From the NCBI RefSeq assembly GCF_009914755.1, contig NC_060939.1: a stretch of 64,000 nt of DNA. The stretch is one strand, 5' to 3'. Under the pieces are notes generated by a model. That model was not told the origin of the DNA, did no database searches, and saw nothing but the letters and a program-made list of their open reading frames with translations. Below are positions 1-13,846 of the stretch, in pieces. Source of the DNA: the human T2T-CHM13v2.0 reference genome, Homo sapiens. Every line of letters starts with the position of its first letter. Position 1 is the stretch's first letter. The position numbers were made by a program, and so were the translations under genes.

Positions 1-19
1 GCATCTCTAAAAATATTGA

Positions 20-272
20 GGGCCATGCAATATCCTTGATTGAATCTTGGAACAGAAGAGGGACATCAGTGGAAAAACTGGTGAAGTATGAGTAAAGTCT
101 GTAGTTTAGGTAATTGTAATGTATCACAGTTAATTTTACTTCTGACAAATGTACCAGGATTCTGCAAGATGATAAACTTAGAGGAAACTGGGTGAGAGAT
201 GTACAGGAACTCTCTGCACTATTTTTGTAACTTATGTGTGTCTAAAATTATTTCAAAATCAAAAGTTATTTT
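20..272 (+). mobile_element. Old LINE-1 3' end fragment (L1MC/L1MD-like)
   Basis: Resembles L1MC/MD 3'UTR: ...GGAAACTGGGTGAGAGATGTACAGGAACTCTCTGCACTATTTTTGTAACTT...TCTAAAATTATTTCAAAATCAAAAGTT. Confidence 0.6.
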
Positions 273-1259
273 TTAAAAATCACTGAGGGGAACCAAGTTT
301 CATATAGCTGAAGGAAGGATTTACATATATGTAAATGGGAAGAGCTAGAATGTAATCTATGGTGTTGCATTGGAAATGGAGGGAGAAGACTTTATTCGGG
401 AACACCATGACTTGTTGATTTTAAGGTCAGATCCAGATCCTGAAAAATGACCTTGTAAGCCATAGTAGAAAGTTGGAACTTTGTCGTGAGACAACTGCTC
501 AAAGGCTGTGATAGTTTCCCAGGTCTTTTGTCTCTACCAGCAAATCATGCAGTGCTGGGCATACTTCTAAGACCATCTGGGTCTTACCTGCAAATTAGGA
601 ATAAGTTGGCAAGAACCACCACACTACCAGACAGAATCCTCCATGATTGAAGGTGTAGGGAGACTCCAAGTGCTGTGCCTAGCAGGAACCACAATAATAA
701 CAAAGTGGGAACATGATCTTACCAATTACACAGAGTGGAGTAATACACAGGGTGGAGTGCAAAGTATAGATCAAGTCCATCTGATCAGGGGTTTTCTAGT
801 AATATGAATGAGAAATGTGTACCAGTGGGCCCTAGAAGGCATCTCATAGCTAAGGGGACAGGAGAAGGCTCTTAATGAGCTGTGCAGAGCTGAACAATGC
901 ATGAAAAATCCTCACCAGTGACTGAAGGTCACGAAGCTTGTTGGACAAGCCAAAATCTCAGACTGGGGAAACACAGAATACTTTAGACATGCAGGGACTC
1001 ATGTTCTCAACCAGGGTCCTTAATCCATCAGAGAGGCTTTCATCCTAATCCAAACTCGCCCACCCAAAGTTATTACGTGAATTCAAAGATATTTCACCTC
1101 CCTGCACCTCAGGTTGCTTCTTTTTAAACAAGGGCATTAGGCTAGTTCATCCTTGAAGTCCCTTTTAACACTGATTCTCTGTAATTCATACTAGACAGGC
1201 ACATTTGTAAGACCCTGAAAAGATGTGTCCATAATACTTACACTTGGAGATACCAGCCA

Positions 1260-1410
1260 CTTTTTTAGCACTTTACTTGCCCTAATTTAATGTGCACATG
1301 ACCCTATGTAACTGCTACTTTATTATCTCCATTTGATAGATAAGCAAGGCAGAGTGAGATTAAAGAACATTCCCAAAGTTACACTGCTAGTGAGTCAAGG
1401 AACCAAGATA
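1260..1410 (-). mobile_element. MIR SINE remnant
   Basis: MIR core-like ATTATCTCCATTTGATAGATAAG...GAGATTAAAGAACATTCCCAAAGTTACACTGCTAGTGAGT; boundaries approximate. Confidence 0.55.
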
Positions 1411-3039
1411 TGACCATCAGCAGACTCAAGATGGTGAAAAGCGCTCAGATTCAATGTAAATTTCAAAGGTGGTCTTAACTGGACTTGCTGTTGGAGTGGA
1501 TATGGAGAATGAGAGAAAGGTAATACAGATGATGAACTCCACCTCCCCTTCTTGACCTTGCTCCTGCAAATATCTTTTTGGGACGATATGCCCCAAGGCA
1601 GCACATTCACAATGAGGAAGCAGCTGTTCTTTAACTTTTCCTTTGTGAGCAAGGCAGAATATATAATTCCTCATTTCCTTCTCCAAATAAAGTAAACATG
1701 TAGCAAAGGGCTAGGCATACCAACTGCCTACTTTAGCAGAGGACTCAGTTTCATCACAATGGGCATTTCCATCTGTGTAGAACTCAATATTTGCAAAGCT
1801 TGCCTGTGGCTGTCAGATTAGGGCCTGGCTTTCCCCTGATGTACAAATATGAAGCACATGTAAGAGAGGTATGTATCCTTTCAGCATTGAACAAGTCATA
1901 CTAGAACATAAAACAGCCCTTACTCTTACAAAAGTGTCTTATTTGTTGCTTTTCAATATTCTAAAAAAAAAAAAAGATTAAAAATCTAGATGATGAGTCT
2001 TACTATAAAAAAATTTCTAAAGTCACCACTCTGTTCTTCTAAAAAGGCACAAAGCACATTATACACCCAGGGGTGATTTCCCAGAACTCTTAGATGTTGG
2101 GAGACAGTTGAATGAAAGTCCTTAAAACATATTAATGGCTCAGAGTCAGCATGGAGCAGGGATGGAAAAGAGGTTTCATTTTGTATGCCATCTCCAAAGC
2201 TTGGTAATAACTGCCTAGAAGCTCAACGATAAAGCGCAATGATCAATTAGTAGTATCTGCCAAGATGTAGAAAGAAAGAATGGATACATGCATGTCAAGT
2301 ATATCTATCTATCTTCCAAAAGGAGTATTCTAACAACTAAAGCTGTTGAAATAGTGTGTGGGCCACCTTGTGATAGAGTTTCCTTATCGCTGGAAGTGGA
2401 CATTCAAGGACGTTGTCTCATCGGTCATTGTTAGTACTTGCTGTGACCCCCCCAGTAGATACTAACAGTGGATATCACTGTGGGTTAGGAATATGGGGCG
2501 ATTTTAATGATCTTCTTTATATCTTCATGCATGCCCTGCATTTTTACAATACAATTATGTTATTTTGTAATCAGAAAACAGTCATTTCTGTTTATTTAAA
2601 AATTAAGTATTTGGAGGATAAGAGGGCTCTTGAAATTAAGTCTGACTGGGAAAATATTAGGGGGGCAGCAACCTCCTTCAATTTTGAATATTTCTTTTAA
2701 CAAATTATTCAGTAAAAAGGTTTCATCTCTAAGACTTTTCATGAAATGTCATCCCACACATAGTATATAGGATCTGAAAGTCAACTCTGCAAGAGACACA
2801 GACAGACAGACAACAAACTAGGAGACAGAAACAGAAAAGAGAACCAAAGTAGAATTCTTGCAGTGAAACTTTAAGAGAAGCATAAAAAGCCAAGAGATGG
2901 TGAGGTCAAACTTGATGACCATCCTATTTTGTCAGGAGAGTACAAAATAAGAAACCTGGACTCAGGCAGGTCTGAGACAGCATAACCTACACACAAAGAG
3001 GTCATGTGAGCAACACTTAAGAGACAGCTCCAGAGAGCT

Positions 3040-3220
3040 CCTTCCTGATGTGTGACCTTGCATAAGCCACTTAATTTTTTTTGTGCCTCTTTCCTTGTCT
3101 GCAAAATGGGACAATGATTGCATTTATCTCCAAGCGCTGCTCTGATGATTAAATGAGTTAACACAGGTAAAGAACTTAGAACAGTGCCTGGTACATAGCA
3201 AGTAGAATACATGCTTACTG
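3040..3220 (+). mobile_element. MIR SINE remnant
   Basis: TGTGTGACCTTGCATAAGCCACTTAA...TCTGCAAAATGGG...AGAACTTAGAACAGTGCCTGGTACATAGCAAG matches the MIR pattern. Confidence 0.7.
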
Positions 3221-3569
3221 CATTTTAGGTTTTTTATTTTACAAAAGAATTTGATAATTAACTATTCATCTATAACAAGTAGATTGACATAAGTGATATT
3301 CAAAGCTTTTCCCATCTCAAACATTAAAAATACTCTGTTTCTGTGGTCAGGGTGGGACCTATGAGACAGATATTAACAACTGTACCACAAAATAAGAAAG
3401 TCTTTGAATAAGGAAGCAGAAACATAGACTATACTTTGAAAACACCTAAGCTGCAAATTATATGCAGCAAAGCTAAATGAATTTATAAACATCTTATTGA
3501 AAGCCAAAAAACTTCTAGCAAGCAAGCAAGCAAGAATAGGAGGACTTGCACATTAACCATTATCACTAA

Positions 3570-3891
<322 letters not shown>

Positions 3892-5808
3892 TGTTATTTC
3901 TTTTTAATTAGACTTCCGTCCCAACTGTTTTAATTAATGTATAAAACCATAATAACTGTTTTCATAAGTTTACTCATGACTTGGGCCTAGCCCTATTCTT
4001 CCCACAATTCCTTCAGTATTTCTAACCATCTTCTCCTACCAAAAAAAGATTATGAAAAGAACTTTCATGGATGGGGTAGACTGAAATAGATGTTGAAGTC
4101 AAAATTTAAGTAATAAAGTAATGTAGTTTTTAATCCTTTATTTTTATTTTTAAATTAATTTTAAACATCCATTTCAATTCTATAGTCAAAAGACTCACCA
4201 GCAATCTCTAGGGACATTATTAATGACACTCTTTTAACAGACTTAAAAAAGTCAGAAACTATACTAGAACTTCTTCCAATTTACTGTCGACCTTACATTC
4301 CTCTCCCTGATTCCAAATCCAGATTTGTTTCTACAAACAAAGGAACTCTGGGTTAACTGAATTACTGTCTGGTGATCTCAGCTCAAATCTTAGGTCCACT
4401 TTGATTAGCCACATGAATCCAAGCAAGTTCTCAAACTTTGCCGCACCCTTTCCTTTTAATAGAGTTTTCTGTATATTAAATATAAAACATATTAAAACCT
4501 AACACATGTGAAAATTATATCAGGTCATGTATATAAATAAGACCAAAGATGTTGGATAAATGAAATATTGCATCCCCCACACTCTCCCAAGAAAACCTGA
4601 ACACACTCAGGCTGAAGAGTAATGAAAACACACTTTTATTAGAGTATGTGAAAGTTCAGGGGAAATAAAAGGTAGTCATAAATAAAGAAGACTAGTCTCA
4701 CATCCTTCATTTAACTCACTTCTAAAACTGTAAGACTGGGGAATTAAAAAGTGTTTAAGAAATGACAAGAAATTAAAGAGACTATCTCTTTTCCCCTTCC
4801 CCCTCCCATGCTGGGGTCTCTTACTACATTTCTTCCACCACCCTCTACACCTATCTAGACACCCTCACATCCTTTCCTTTCCCTTCATTTTGGTCAGAAG
4901 TCTTCTGTTGCAGACCATTCATCTTTGGAGAGTTAAGAGGAGCCAGGGTTGAGGTCAGATGAGAGGAAGGAGGAAACTAGCTGATTGAAACCTTCCCCAG
5001 GCTGCAGAAAGAGAGGTAGAGAAGACCTGTGAGTCAGTGAGGGCTCAGTCAGACATTTCAAACAGAGCAGGATTAGTGCAGTGAAATAACTCATTACTAC
5101 ATTTTTGGAAGTGTAAATTAGACAGGCAAGGTGATCGACCCAGAAATCAGAAAACTGTGGGAAGCTACAGCTAAAGCACAGCTGTCTACATCCCCAAAGC
5201 TGGAGACACCACGGGGTCATAGAGCCCAGGAAGCTGCTGCCATCATTGCTGGTACCCTTGCTACACTGCCTCCACCACAGCCAGAGGAAGGATCCTCTCT
5301 TCCCTCCTTACTTCCAAACATCACACAAGTATCTCTCTCTGCCCTGCTGGCAAATGCAGTTCCCAGGATTACAACACAGTGATTGAGGAAAAAATCTAAA
5401 ATGAACAGGCATTGTGTTAAAGGTCAAGAAACAACAGCTGGTACATCCCCATTTTTCATTATTTCACTGTAGTCATTTGTTTTGTTTTTTCTCTCTAGCT
5501 TAACCCAAAAGGATAATAAAGAAGTCTGAAAATCAAGGTAAAAAGTCTATGCCTTGGCTGGAGTGTCCCCTGTATCATGTATCTCAAGAGCCTAAACATG
5601 GTGGGCAAGGCACAAGAAGGCCTGGGACCTGCCCCAACACCATAGTTAAAACTTAACATCACATGACATTTTGGTCCCAATGGTGGAACAGTGAGGGAAG
5701 CTCACTGTAAATTGCATCACTTTTGAGGAAACAAAAGACTATACATTGCTTTGCCTTGATCACCTTTACATTCCTCACACCTATCATATAGTTCTAGGAA
5801 CCTAGTAA

Positions 5809-6164
<356 letters not shown>

Positions 6165-6504
6165 TATTAAACCTTCTTAATCAGGATTATAGCCAAGTGG
6201 GACTTGGAAATAAGACTTGGTATCCCTGAACATAGTAATATATGAGTAAGCCCAGCATGATGTGGTCTCCAAGTTATAACATCATCTTGCCCTCTTCCAT
6301 CTATTCCCCCATGGAGTGTCAGCATAATCCTTTAAAATAGGCTTCAGATCTCTCTCTGTCTAAGGTAAGAACCCTCTAACAGCCACACATCTTTCTCAGA
6401 GTCAGGTTCAGTGTCCTTCCAATGGCTCCTGTTATCTCTGATTCATCTATTTTTCCAGATGATCACATCTCTCTAATCCTATTGGCTCCTTACTATTCTT
6501 GGAA

Positions 6505-6860
6505 CATGTTGCAATGGCTTTTTAAAAATATACCAACTGGCGAGACTACAGTCCCCGATTATTCAATCAAACTCTATTCTAGGTGTTGCTGTGAAGGTAT
6601 TTTGCACATGTAATTGAAGTTCCTAATTGTTTGACCTTAAGTAAGAGAGATTATCCTGCATAATCTGGTGGCCTAAATTAATCAGATAGGATTTAAGAGC
6701 AGGGCTATGGCTTCCTCCAGTAAGAAGAAATTCCACCTGTAGACAACAGCCTTGGCCTGTGTCCTTGGACTTAAAGCCTGTTCATACTATTTTCTTCCTG
6801 ACTGCCTGCCCTATACATTTCTGACTTGCTTAGCCAGCCCCCTTCATCACCTGAATACAT
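6505..6860 (+). mobile_element. MLT2 (MLT2D-like) ERVL LTR, partial
   Basis: TATTCTAGGTGTTGCTGTGAAGGTATTTTG...GACCTTAAGTAAGAGAGATTATCCTGCATAATCTGGTGG...GAAGAAATTCCACCTGTAGAC resembles MLT2 LTRs. Confidence 0.7.
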
Positions 6861-6977
6861 TCCTCATCACTGACCTCAGTGCATGTGTACTTCACTGGCT
6901 GAACCCTCACTTAGCACACATGCCAAGTATTCTCCCACCTCAGAAACATTTACACTTCTCTCTTCCTGAAAACCCTC

Positions 6978-7382
6978 TGATAGGTTTGGATGTTTTGTCC
7001 TCTCCAAATCTCATGTTGAAATGTGACCTCCAAGGTTGGAGGTGGGCCTAGAGGGAGGTGTTTGGGCCATGGGGGCAGAGCCTTCATGAATGGCTTGGTG
7101 CTGTCCTTGCAGTAGTGAGTGAGTTATTACTCTATGAGTTCACACGTGATCTGGTTGTTTAAAAGAACCTGCCAAGTCCCCACTCTCTCTCTCTTTCCAT
7201 GTAACACATCAGCTCCTGCTTCACCTTCCACCATGATTGTAAGCTTCCTGGGGCCTCAGCAGAAGCAGATGCTGGCACCACACTTCCTGTGCAGCCTACA
7301 GAAATGTGAGCCAAAATCAATGTCTTCCCTTTATTCATATCCAGTCTCAGACAATCTCTTATAAGAGTGAAAACTAAATACA
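6978..7382 (+). mobile_element. MSTB-like MaLR solo LTR
   Basis: TG...CA termini; GGTTTGGATGTTTTGTCCTCTCCAAATCTCATGTTGAAATGTG start; 5-bp TSD CCCTC/TCCTC. Confidence 0.85.
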
Positions 7383-8420
7383 TCCTCTTTCTCTAGATTG
7401 ATGCACGGGTCACTTCCTCACCTCCTTCAGATATTTGCTCAAAGGCCACATTCTCAGAGACACCCTCTCAAGCCACTCTTAAAACTGCAGCTTCTACACC
7501 TTGATATTTCCTATCTCCGTTCAGCTCTATTTTTCTTAACAGCACCATGTAACACAGTCTATGCTTTATCAGCTGTCTTCCCCTGATAGAATCCAAGCTG
7601 CACAAGGATAGAGATTTTTGTCTCTTATAGTCATTGGTATTTGTAGTACCTGACATATAGCAGTTGCTCAGCAAATATTTAATAAATAAATGAACAAATA
7701 CAACTATGAATTAGTTCAGTTGATAGAAATGGTCCTCTGCCTTCATGGTCCAGTTAACACTTCAACTCCTCTGTTGGGACCAAAACCCAGCCCTAAACTC
7801 TAGCTGCCTTGGTTGGAAACTTAAGACTAACATTTGTCAGCAAGCCACCCAAAACATGTCTGCTAATTCTCATACCCAAAATACAGGTTTGGTTCTTTCT
7901 CGAGCAGGAAGACAGTCCACAACACCACCACCAACACTTCTGCCACTGGTGAGCTCACAGACCTACTGGGCCTTCCTCATAAAAACATCTGACCAAGTAT
8001 GTTTTCTATTCACTGGATTGTCTTGGGCCAAGGTTGCTATGCTAGAATCAGATATGTTTATCTTCTCCCGATCATAGTATGCTATAGTTACTTCTTCCTT
8101 CTCACTGAGCTCTCTGAGAAGTCAAATTTCTCAGTTTTAGACCAACTACTAAACAACTTATATTTTTAGGAGTTTAAGATTGTTTTATGTATCTAGAAAT
8201 AAACAAACACTATTTCTTGGATGACTCAGCCTTTGAATTTGGTTTTTAAATTTTTAAGTCAAGTCTAGTTAGGTTTTGTTCCCATTCATAGTGAGAATAT
8301 GGGGTGGAAAATGAAATTTACTTTACATCCTGTGGTTAGATAACGTTCAGTAGGGGCTGATAGCTAATCCAGTATTGACACCTGAAGTTGTGAACAAAAC
8401 CTCTCCTAGAAAACCTAGAA

Positions 8421-8724
8421 GGCCGGGCGTGGTGGCTCACACCTGTGTTCCCAGCACTTTAGGAGGCTGAGGCAGGCAGATCACTTAAGCTCAGGAGTTT
8501 AAGACCAGCCTGGGCAACATGAAAAAACCCTGTCTCTATAAAAAATACAAAAATTAGCCAGCTGTGGTAGAGAGTGCCTGTAGTCCTGGATGCTTAGGAA
8601 GCTGAGGCAAAATAATTACTTCAGCCTGGGAGGCAGAAGTTTCAGTGAGCGGAGATCACACTACTGCATTCCAGCCTCGGTGAGAGAGTGAGACCCTGTC
8701 TAAAAAAGAGAGAGAGAAGAAAAA
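8421..8724 (+). mobile_element. AluJ-like
   Basis: Dimeric Alu starting GGCCGGGCGTGGTGGCTCAC; AluJ-type CCTGGGCAACAT; TSD AGAAAACCTAGAA / AGAAAGCCTTGAA. Confidence 0.9.
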
Positions 8725-9149
8725 AGAAAGCCTTGAAATAATTTATCCTCTTTATTGACTACTATACAAAGGAAAAGCCAAGCAGTTAAATGTAGTACCT
8801 AAAAGGTACCTCACAGCCACTAAATCTGAAAATAATACAAAGTGCTTCTACATCTCTCTGGAACTCCTTTTTACTGAAGAGTTCTTTCAAAGTAGAACAA
8901 TTCATCAATTTCACTCACTAATAGAAAGACATTTAATTAGTCCTTAGAAACAGGTGGATAATGTATAATTGTTAATTCTCTTTATGTCTTATTCCCACAT
9001 ATTCTATTTTATATGTGCTAATAGGTATTAATAGGAATTCTACAGCTTTGAAAATGAGTTGAAATATCCATATTAGTTTCCAGCTCCACTGGTGGAATGA
9101 GGAATTTGGTCATGTCAATAAACACACATTGGGGTAGGTAAAGATCTCT

Positions 9150-10100
9150 TAAACATATTCCAGAACATGAATAATGGAAAATATTGATGTATTTTATGAC
9201 ATCAAAATTGAAAATTTTGGAATTCACTATCAACGAAGTTAAAACTGAAGTGATAGATTGGGTGAAAGCATGTGTAACACAGATAATAGAAAACCGTTTC
9301 TCAGGAATGCATTTCTAAAACTCCATGAATGTTTTTAAAAGATAAACAAATAGAAAAATGAATGCAAAATGAGAACAGGAAATTCACAGAACAGCTCAAA
9401 TGATAAACATGTAAAACTATGCTCAATATCACAGTATTTAGGCAAATGTAACATTAGTAAAATGGCCCTAGTTTTGTCCATCAGTCTCACCAAAATTCAA
9501 AAGCTTGATAATACTAAGTTTGACAAAGGTGTTAAGAAATAAGTATCCTCATTATTTGAGGAAGTATAAATGGGAACACTTTAGAAAGCAATTTATCAGT
9601 ATCTATTGGCATTTTTAATGTATATTCTTTTTGACCTAGAAATTCCACTTCTTGGTATCTATATACTCGCATGTGTTTGCAAAGAGACTTTAATTTCTGT
9701 ATTCTTGGAATGGCTAAAGAAAAATATACATAGGGGAATAGTTAAATAAATGATAATATACACATTCTGTGTACTCATAACAATGGAGCATGAAAAAGCA
9801 GATCTAGAACACAGAGTTAAAAACACAGTATGTAGTGGTCCTATTTGGATTTAAATACATACAACAAACCTCAGCTTTTCTGTGTTTTCAAATGAATATA
9901 GAAAAGATACCAATGACACTGATTACAGTGGCTTGTTCTAAAAACAAAAAAACACTCAGATTGAAGCGGCCTAGGAGGGACAGTTTCTAAAAAATGAATG
10001 TTCATTTTATTTATTCCTGCTGAAATTCTCACAGTGACAGATCAGTCATATTACTTTTATAATTAAAATTTGTTGCCAAAAACTAGAGAAAATATTTAAA
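9150..10100 (+). mobile_element. Ancient LINE-1 (L1ME-like) ORF2 3' end and 3'UTR
   Basis: Degenerate TTTGACCTAGAAATTCCACTTCTTGGTATCTA and other L1M 3' motifs; boundaries approximate. Confidence 0.6.
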
Positions 10101-11074
10101 AAGCAAACTCTTTCCACCTTGACTGGATATAAAAAGGTATTTAATTGATTCTCCTATTTCCTCAGTACCTTACTAACTCCTGTTCAACAGTCTAGCTCAT
10201 GTGTAATGTAATTTATAAAGCCTGTCTTGACTGATCCCTAATCATATATATTCTGCTCCCAATTCTGTATTTATTCCTCTAATATGGTTTTTTAACTCAT
10301 TGTTTTATATAAAAATTGATTTACCCCTAATTTGAATGGCCCCTAAAACAATAAGCCTTTCAAGAACAAGAAATCTGCATCTATGGTCTCTAACATGGGG
10401 ACCAGCTAATGACTGAAGGAGTGAATGAATGAAATCACACTTTCTATAGCTCCTCTTCACTTAAATTTAATTACAAGCAGCCCTTGTCTTCCTAGATGCC
10501 GAACAAGATTTTTGACTCAAGTCTTGCTCCTCTTGTCTGTCAAACTTAACCTTTTAAACTCTGTTTAGACCCCCAGTCCTGGGTAGGTCCTATTTGTACT
10601 CTTACCCTCTCCTTCAGCACATCCTTCACTCTCTTACTTGATCCTGGAGGAATGAGAGAGTATTGTATGATGGCGTTAGAGAGTCACTAAGGAAATCGTT
10701 GAAGACAACAGCTAAGTCAAACAAATCTTTGAATCTCCCACATCTATTGCAGCGTCTGTCACTTGGTAACTGCATGGTGAATGAGTGAGCGAGCGAATGA
10801 ATGAATAAAAAATAGCTCAGGTCAAGTACACACAGCCCCAAAGTCATGAGACGTACCACTTTCTCAAGGAGGTCCTCCCTGATCCTCAACCTAGAGGAAC
10901 ACCCAACAACCCAAAACTTATATTCTGCAAATAAGAGCTAACAATTCTTTTGCACTAGTAATATAAATGTCACAAATTGCACAAAGTGAAATAAATTTAA
11001 GTTGTAGAGACATCACCTAACCCTTCCTGAAAAACTATTACCTTCATTTCATGTACAATTTGAGCAGAACAACG

Positions 11075-11290
11075 TAATAAATTTTATGGATTCCAGAGTC
11101 AGACACCTTTGAGTTTGAATCTTTCATTTACTGATTGTACCACTTTATTTGAAGAGTCTATTTACTCTTTATGCCTTCTTTTTTATCATCTGAATGAAAT
11201 GTAAATTCAAGCACCTTTCTCAAGGACTGTTGTGGGTCAGTGCAGACAAAGTATATAGCACAGTATCTGGCACCTGTTCAAGTGAAACCT
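11075..11290 (+). mobile_element. MIR SINE remnant
   Basis: AGAGTCAGACACCTTTGAGTTTGAATC...GCACAGTATCTGGCAC. Confidence 0.55.
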
Positions 11291-12160
11291 GCTATTTTTT
11301 CTGTTACTTGGTTTTCTGTTTCACAACAGAATAAAAGCAGAAAATTAGAAGGAAGGGGTGTAAACACGTAAGAGAAATCAGTGACCAAGGATAGAGAAGA
11401 AATTGTTACAATTAATCTGGGGCTGCTCTGTATAGCTCCACAAATTTAACAGTCCCGAAGTGCTGAGAGCTACAGCACAGGACAGCACTGCCGTCAGCAT
11501 TAACATCCAAAAGAAAACAACTAGCATTCTGCTTACACTGTTTGAAAAAGCAGGAAGGTATGTGTGACAATACATTTTTAAATTTGTATTTGAGTGACTA
11601 TTATAATTCCTTCTCTTAGGAAGAGATATGTTGAGGAAATGTGTACATTGTTCCAATAAGGATACGTTAGTTGCTAGAGGTCATGGGTTTCTGCTGGGCT
11701 CTGGACTACAGAGTCATGTAAGACAAAAACAAAACCTACTCTTTTCAACAGAAAGAGAAAGTTGTTCCTGATTGGGAGGTGACACAAATGGGGAGTGATG
11801 GAAGGGAGAAGGCAGAAAAGTGAGCAAGATTGTGGACCAAGATTATGCAAAGAACTCCTGAGATTCTCCCAATCTTCAATAAAGTCTACAAAAATCAAAT
11901 ACGTTATGTAGCTGAATGTCCTCTGAAACTGGCAAGGCTTTACTTTCTAAAATTGGAAGATGCAAAAGCTGGGATTTTTAGAAATAGTGGCAAGACCCTG
12001 CTTTGCTCAGCTATATAAATTGTGAAGGGACTAAAATTTCAATGAAAACACAAGAATAGAGTATCACTCCCCATAAACATAATTTGAGATAACCTACATA
12101 ATAAAGTTGTCAAAGATCTCCATCAAAAAATGATTCAAATTCCTTTCAAAAGCTCTTGGA

Positions 12161-12327
12161 AAATTAGCCAGGCAGGGTGGCATGTGCCTAGCTACTCAGG
12201 AGGCTGAGATGGGAGGATCACTTGAGGCCAGGAATTTGAGACTGCAGGCAGCTATGATCACACCGTTGCACTCCAGCCTGGGCTACAGCACATACCTGTC
12301 TCTTTCTAAAAAAAAAAAAAAAAAAAA
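12161..12327 (+). mobile_element. Alu right-arm monomer (FRAM/AluJ)
   Basis: Single arm with GGGAGGATCACTTGAGGCCAGG and GCTATGATCACACC, followed by a poly(A) tail. Confidence 0.85.
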
Positions 12328-13094
12328 TTTAAAGATAGACTAACTTTTTCAGAATAATTTCCATGTTGCCAGGACATAGTAAAAAATACTACTAACTCCT
12401 TCTGAGCATGATTTTCACCACAAAGGAGTGGCAGTCTCTGGATATAATGTTCCTTTCCCAAGACGTGGCTTTGTTCTCACATCCTAGCTCACACTGGGAA
12501 CACAGCTGTGCGTGTGAAAAGGGCTTCGCATTTCCTAAGTTCCGTGAAGATCAAGGCTTGTCTGTGTGTTCCCTTTCACATTGACTGTGAAAGTGAGCAA
12601 CACGCATGCCCTGAAAGTCAGTAACACTAAGAGGAATGGACTCTAGGATATGAGGACATGTGTCTCTGCCTCAGGCTCCTTTTAATAGCTTCTTTCCAGA
12701 AAGAACCTCTCAAGCCATTGCAGGTCACTTTGTTTCCAGGCTGCTCTAGGGGTCAATACCACAGAAAAAAAAAAAAAAGAAGCCAATTTCCTAAGTCATG
12801 TTCCAGCCACCTTTGCCTCTCTATCCTCTGCCCCTAGTGGTTCAGATTGTCTCCATCTATGAGTGAGGTCGAGACTCCAGCAGCTGAGCCCCTTTTCTGG
12901 GCATGGAGTTACCTGAGACCCACAGGCCACACTGAAGCAGCAGAAGCTGTTGCTGTCCACGTCAGCACTCCAACTGCTGCCTCCTCCCAAAAGCACCTAA
13001 ACACAGGCTGAGAGCTCTGTGTTCTGGGAGAGGGGAGCAGCAGGAGTTTCTCCAGTCTTCATGACTTCTCTTGCTCCCTTGACAAAGGCCAACT

Positions 13095-13830
13095 GAACAA
13101 ACATTTATTGAGCACTTACTATACATAAGGTACTTTGCCACGCATTTAGCATATTATCTTATGAAATCCTCACAACAAATCTGAGTAGGGGTTTTGCTCC
13201 CATGTTAGAGGAAAGTCTGTCCTTTACAAGCCCTTCAACACTGCAGAAAAGAATTCCCAACTGACAGTGGTTTGAAGATTTTTGATGTAATAGTTAAAGC
13301 ACAGGCTCTTAAGACAGTATGCATGTTTTCAAATTCTTTTTCCACTTAGTACATGTAACCTTGGGCAATTTACTTAAAACACTTTATGCTTCAGCTTCCT
13401 TGGTTTTATATTGGTAAAGAATAGTACTGTCATCCTAGGACTGGTGTGAGGATAAAATAGGTTAACACCTGTAAAGATTGGGGCCTGATTAGTACAAGTG
13501 TGAGGTGAGGGATGACCGTACTAGGTTTACTGCTTCTGTGATGTCAGTGAGGACTAAGAGTTTCCCTTTATTTCATGCTTCACATTTTAAGAAGGAAGAA
13601 AGCCTTCCTCAGACCATAGAGAAGCTGACAAAGCAAATACCAACATTCTCAGACTCTAGTAAAGTAAAAGCTCAATGAGTGCAAAGAATGACTGTTTTTT
13701 AGACCAGTAACAAAGTAAGGAAACTGATTTTCAGAACTGTTAAGCTGCTTAAGGTTGCACAACTTATTCCATGGCAGAGCTGGAATGTGAAAAACAAATC
13801 TGATACCTCTGCTAAGATGCCACTTCCCAG
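13095..13830. mobile_element. Cluster of MIR remnants (~13095-13200 -, ~13265-13500 +, ~13690-13830 -)
   Basis: ATTTATTGAGCACTTACTA; TGTAACCTTGGGCAATTTACTTAA; AAGGAAACTGA...GGCAGAGCTGGAAT. Confidence 0.5.
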
Positions 13831-13846
13831 ATGGCTTCATGCAGGT

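Larger units (their letters stand above)
6290..7700 (+). mobile_element. LINE-2 remnant interrupted by MLT2 and MST LTRs
   Basis: L2-like pieces at ~6290-6500, ~6870-6977 and 7383-7700, ending in an L2 3' end (...TGCTCAGCAAATATTTAATAAATAAATGAA). Confidence 0.55.

Noticed and set aside
500-1080. Possible ancient LTR (also ~5010-5390), with a 17-bp-period duplication at 727-758
   Set aside because: Composition looks LTR-like, but I could not fix termini, TSD or family without a Dfam search.
2078-2086. STAT/GAS motif TTCCCAGAA (also near 56798)
   Set aside because: Isolated 9-mers are expected by chance and have no supporting context.
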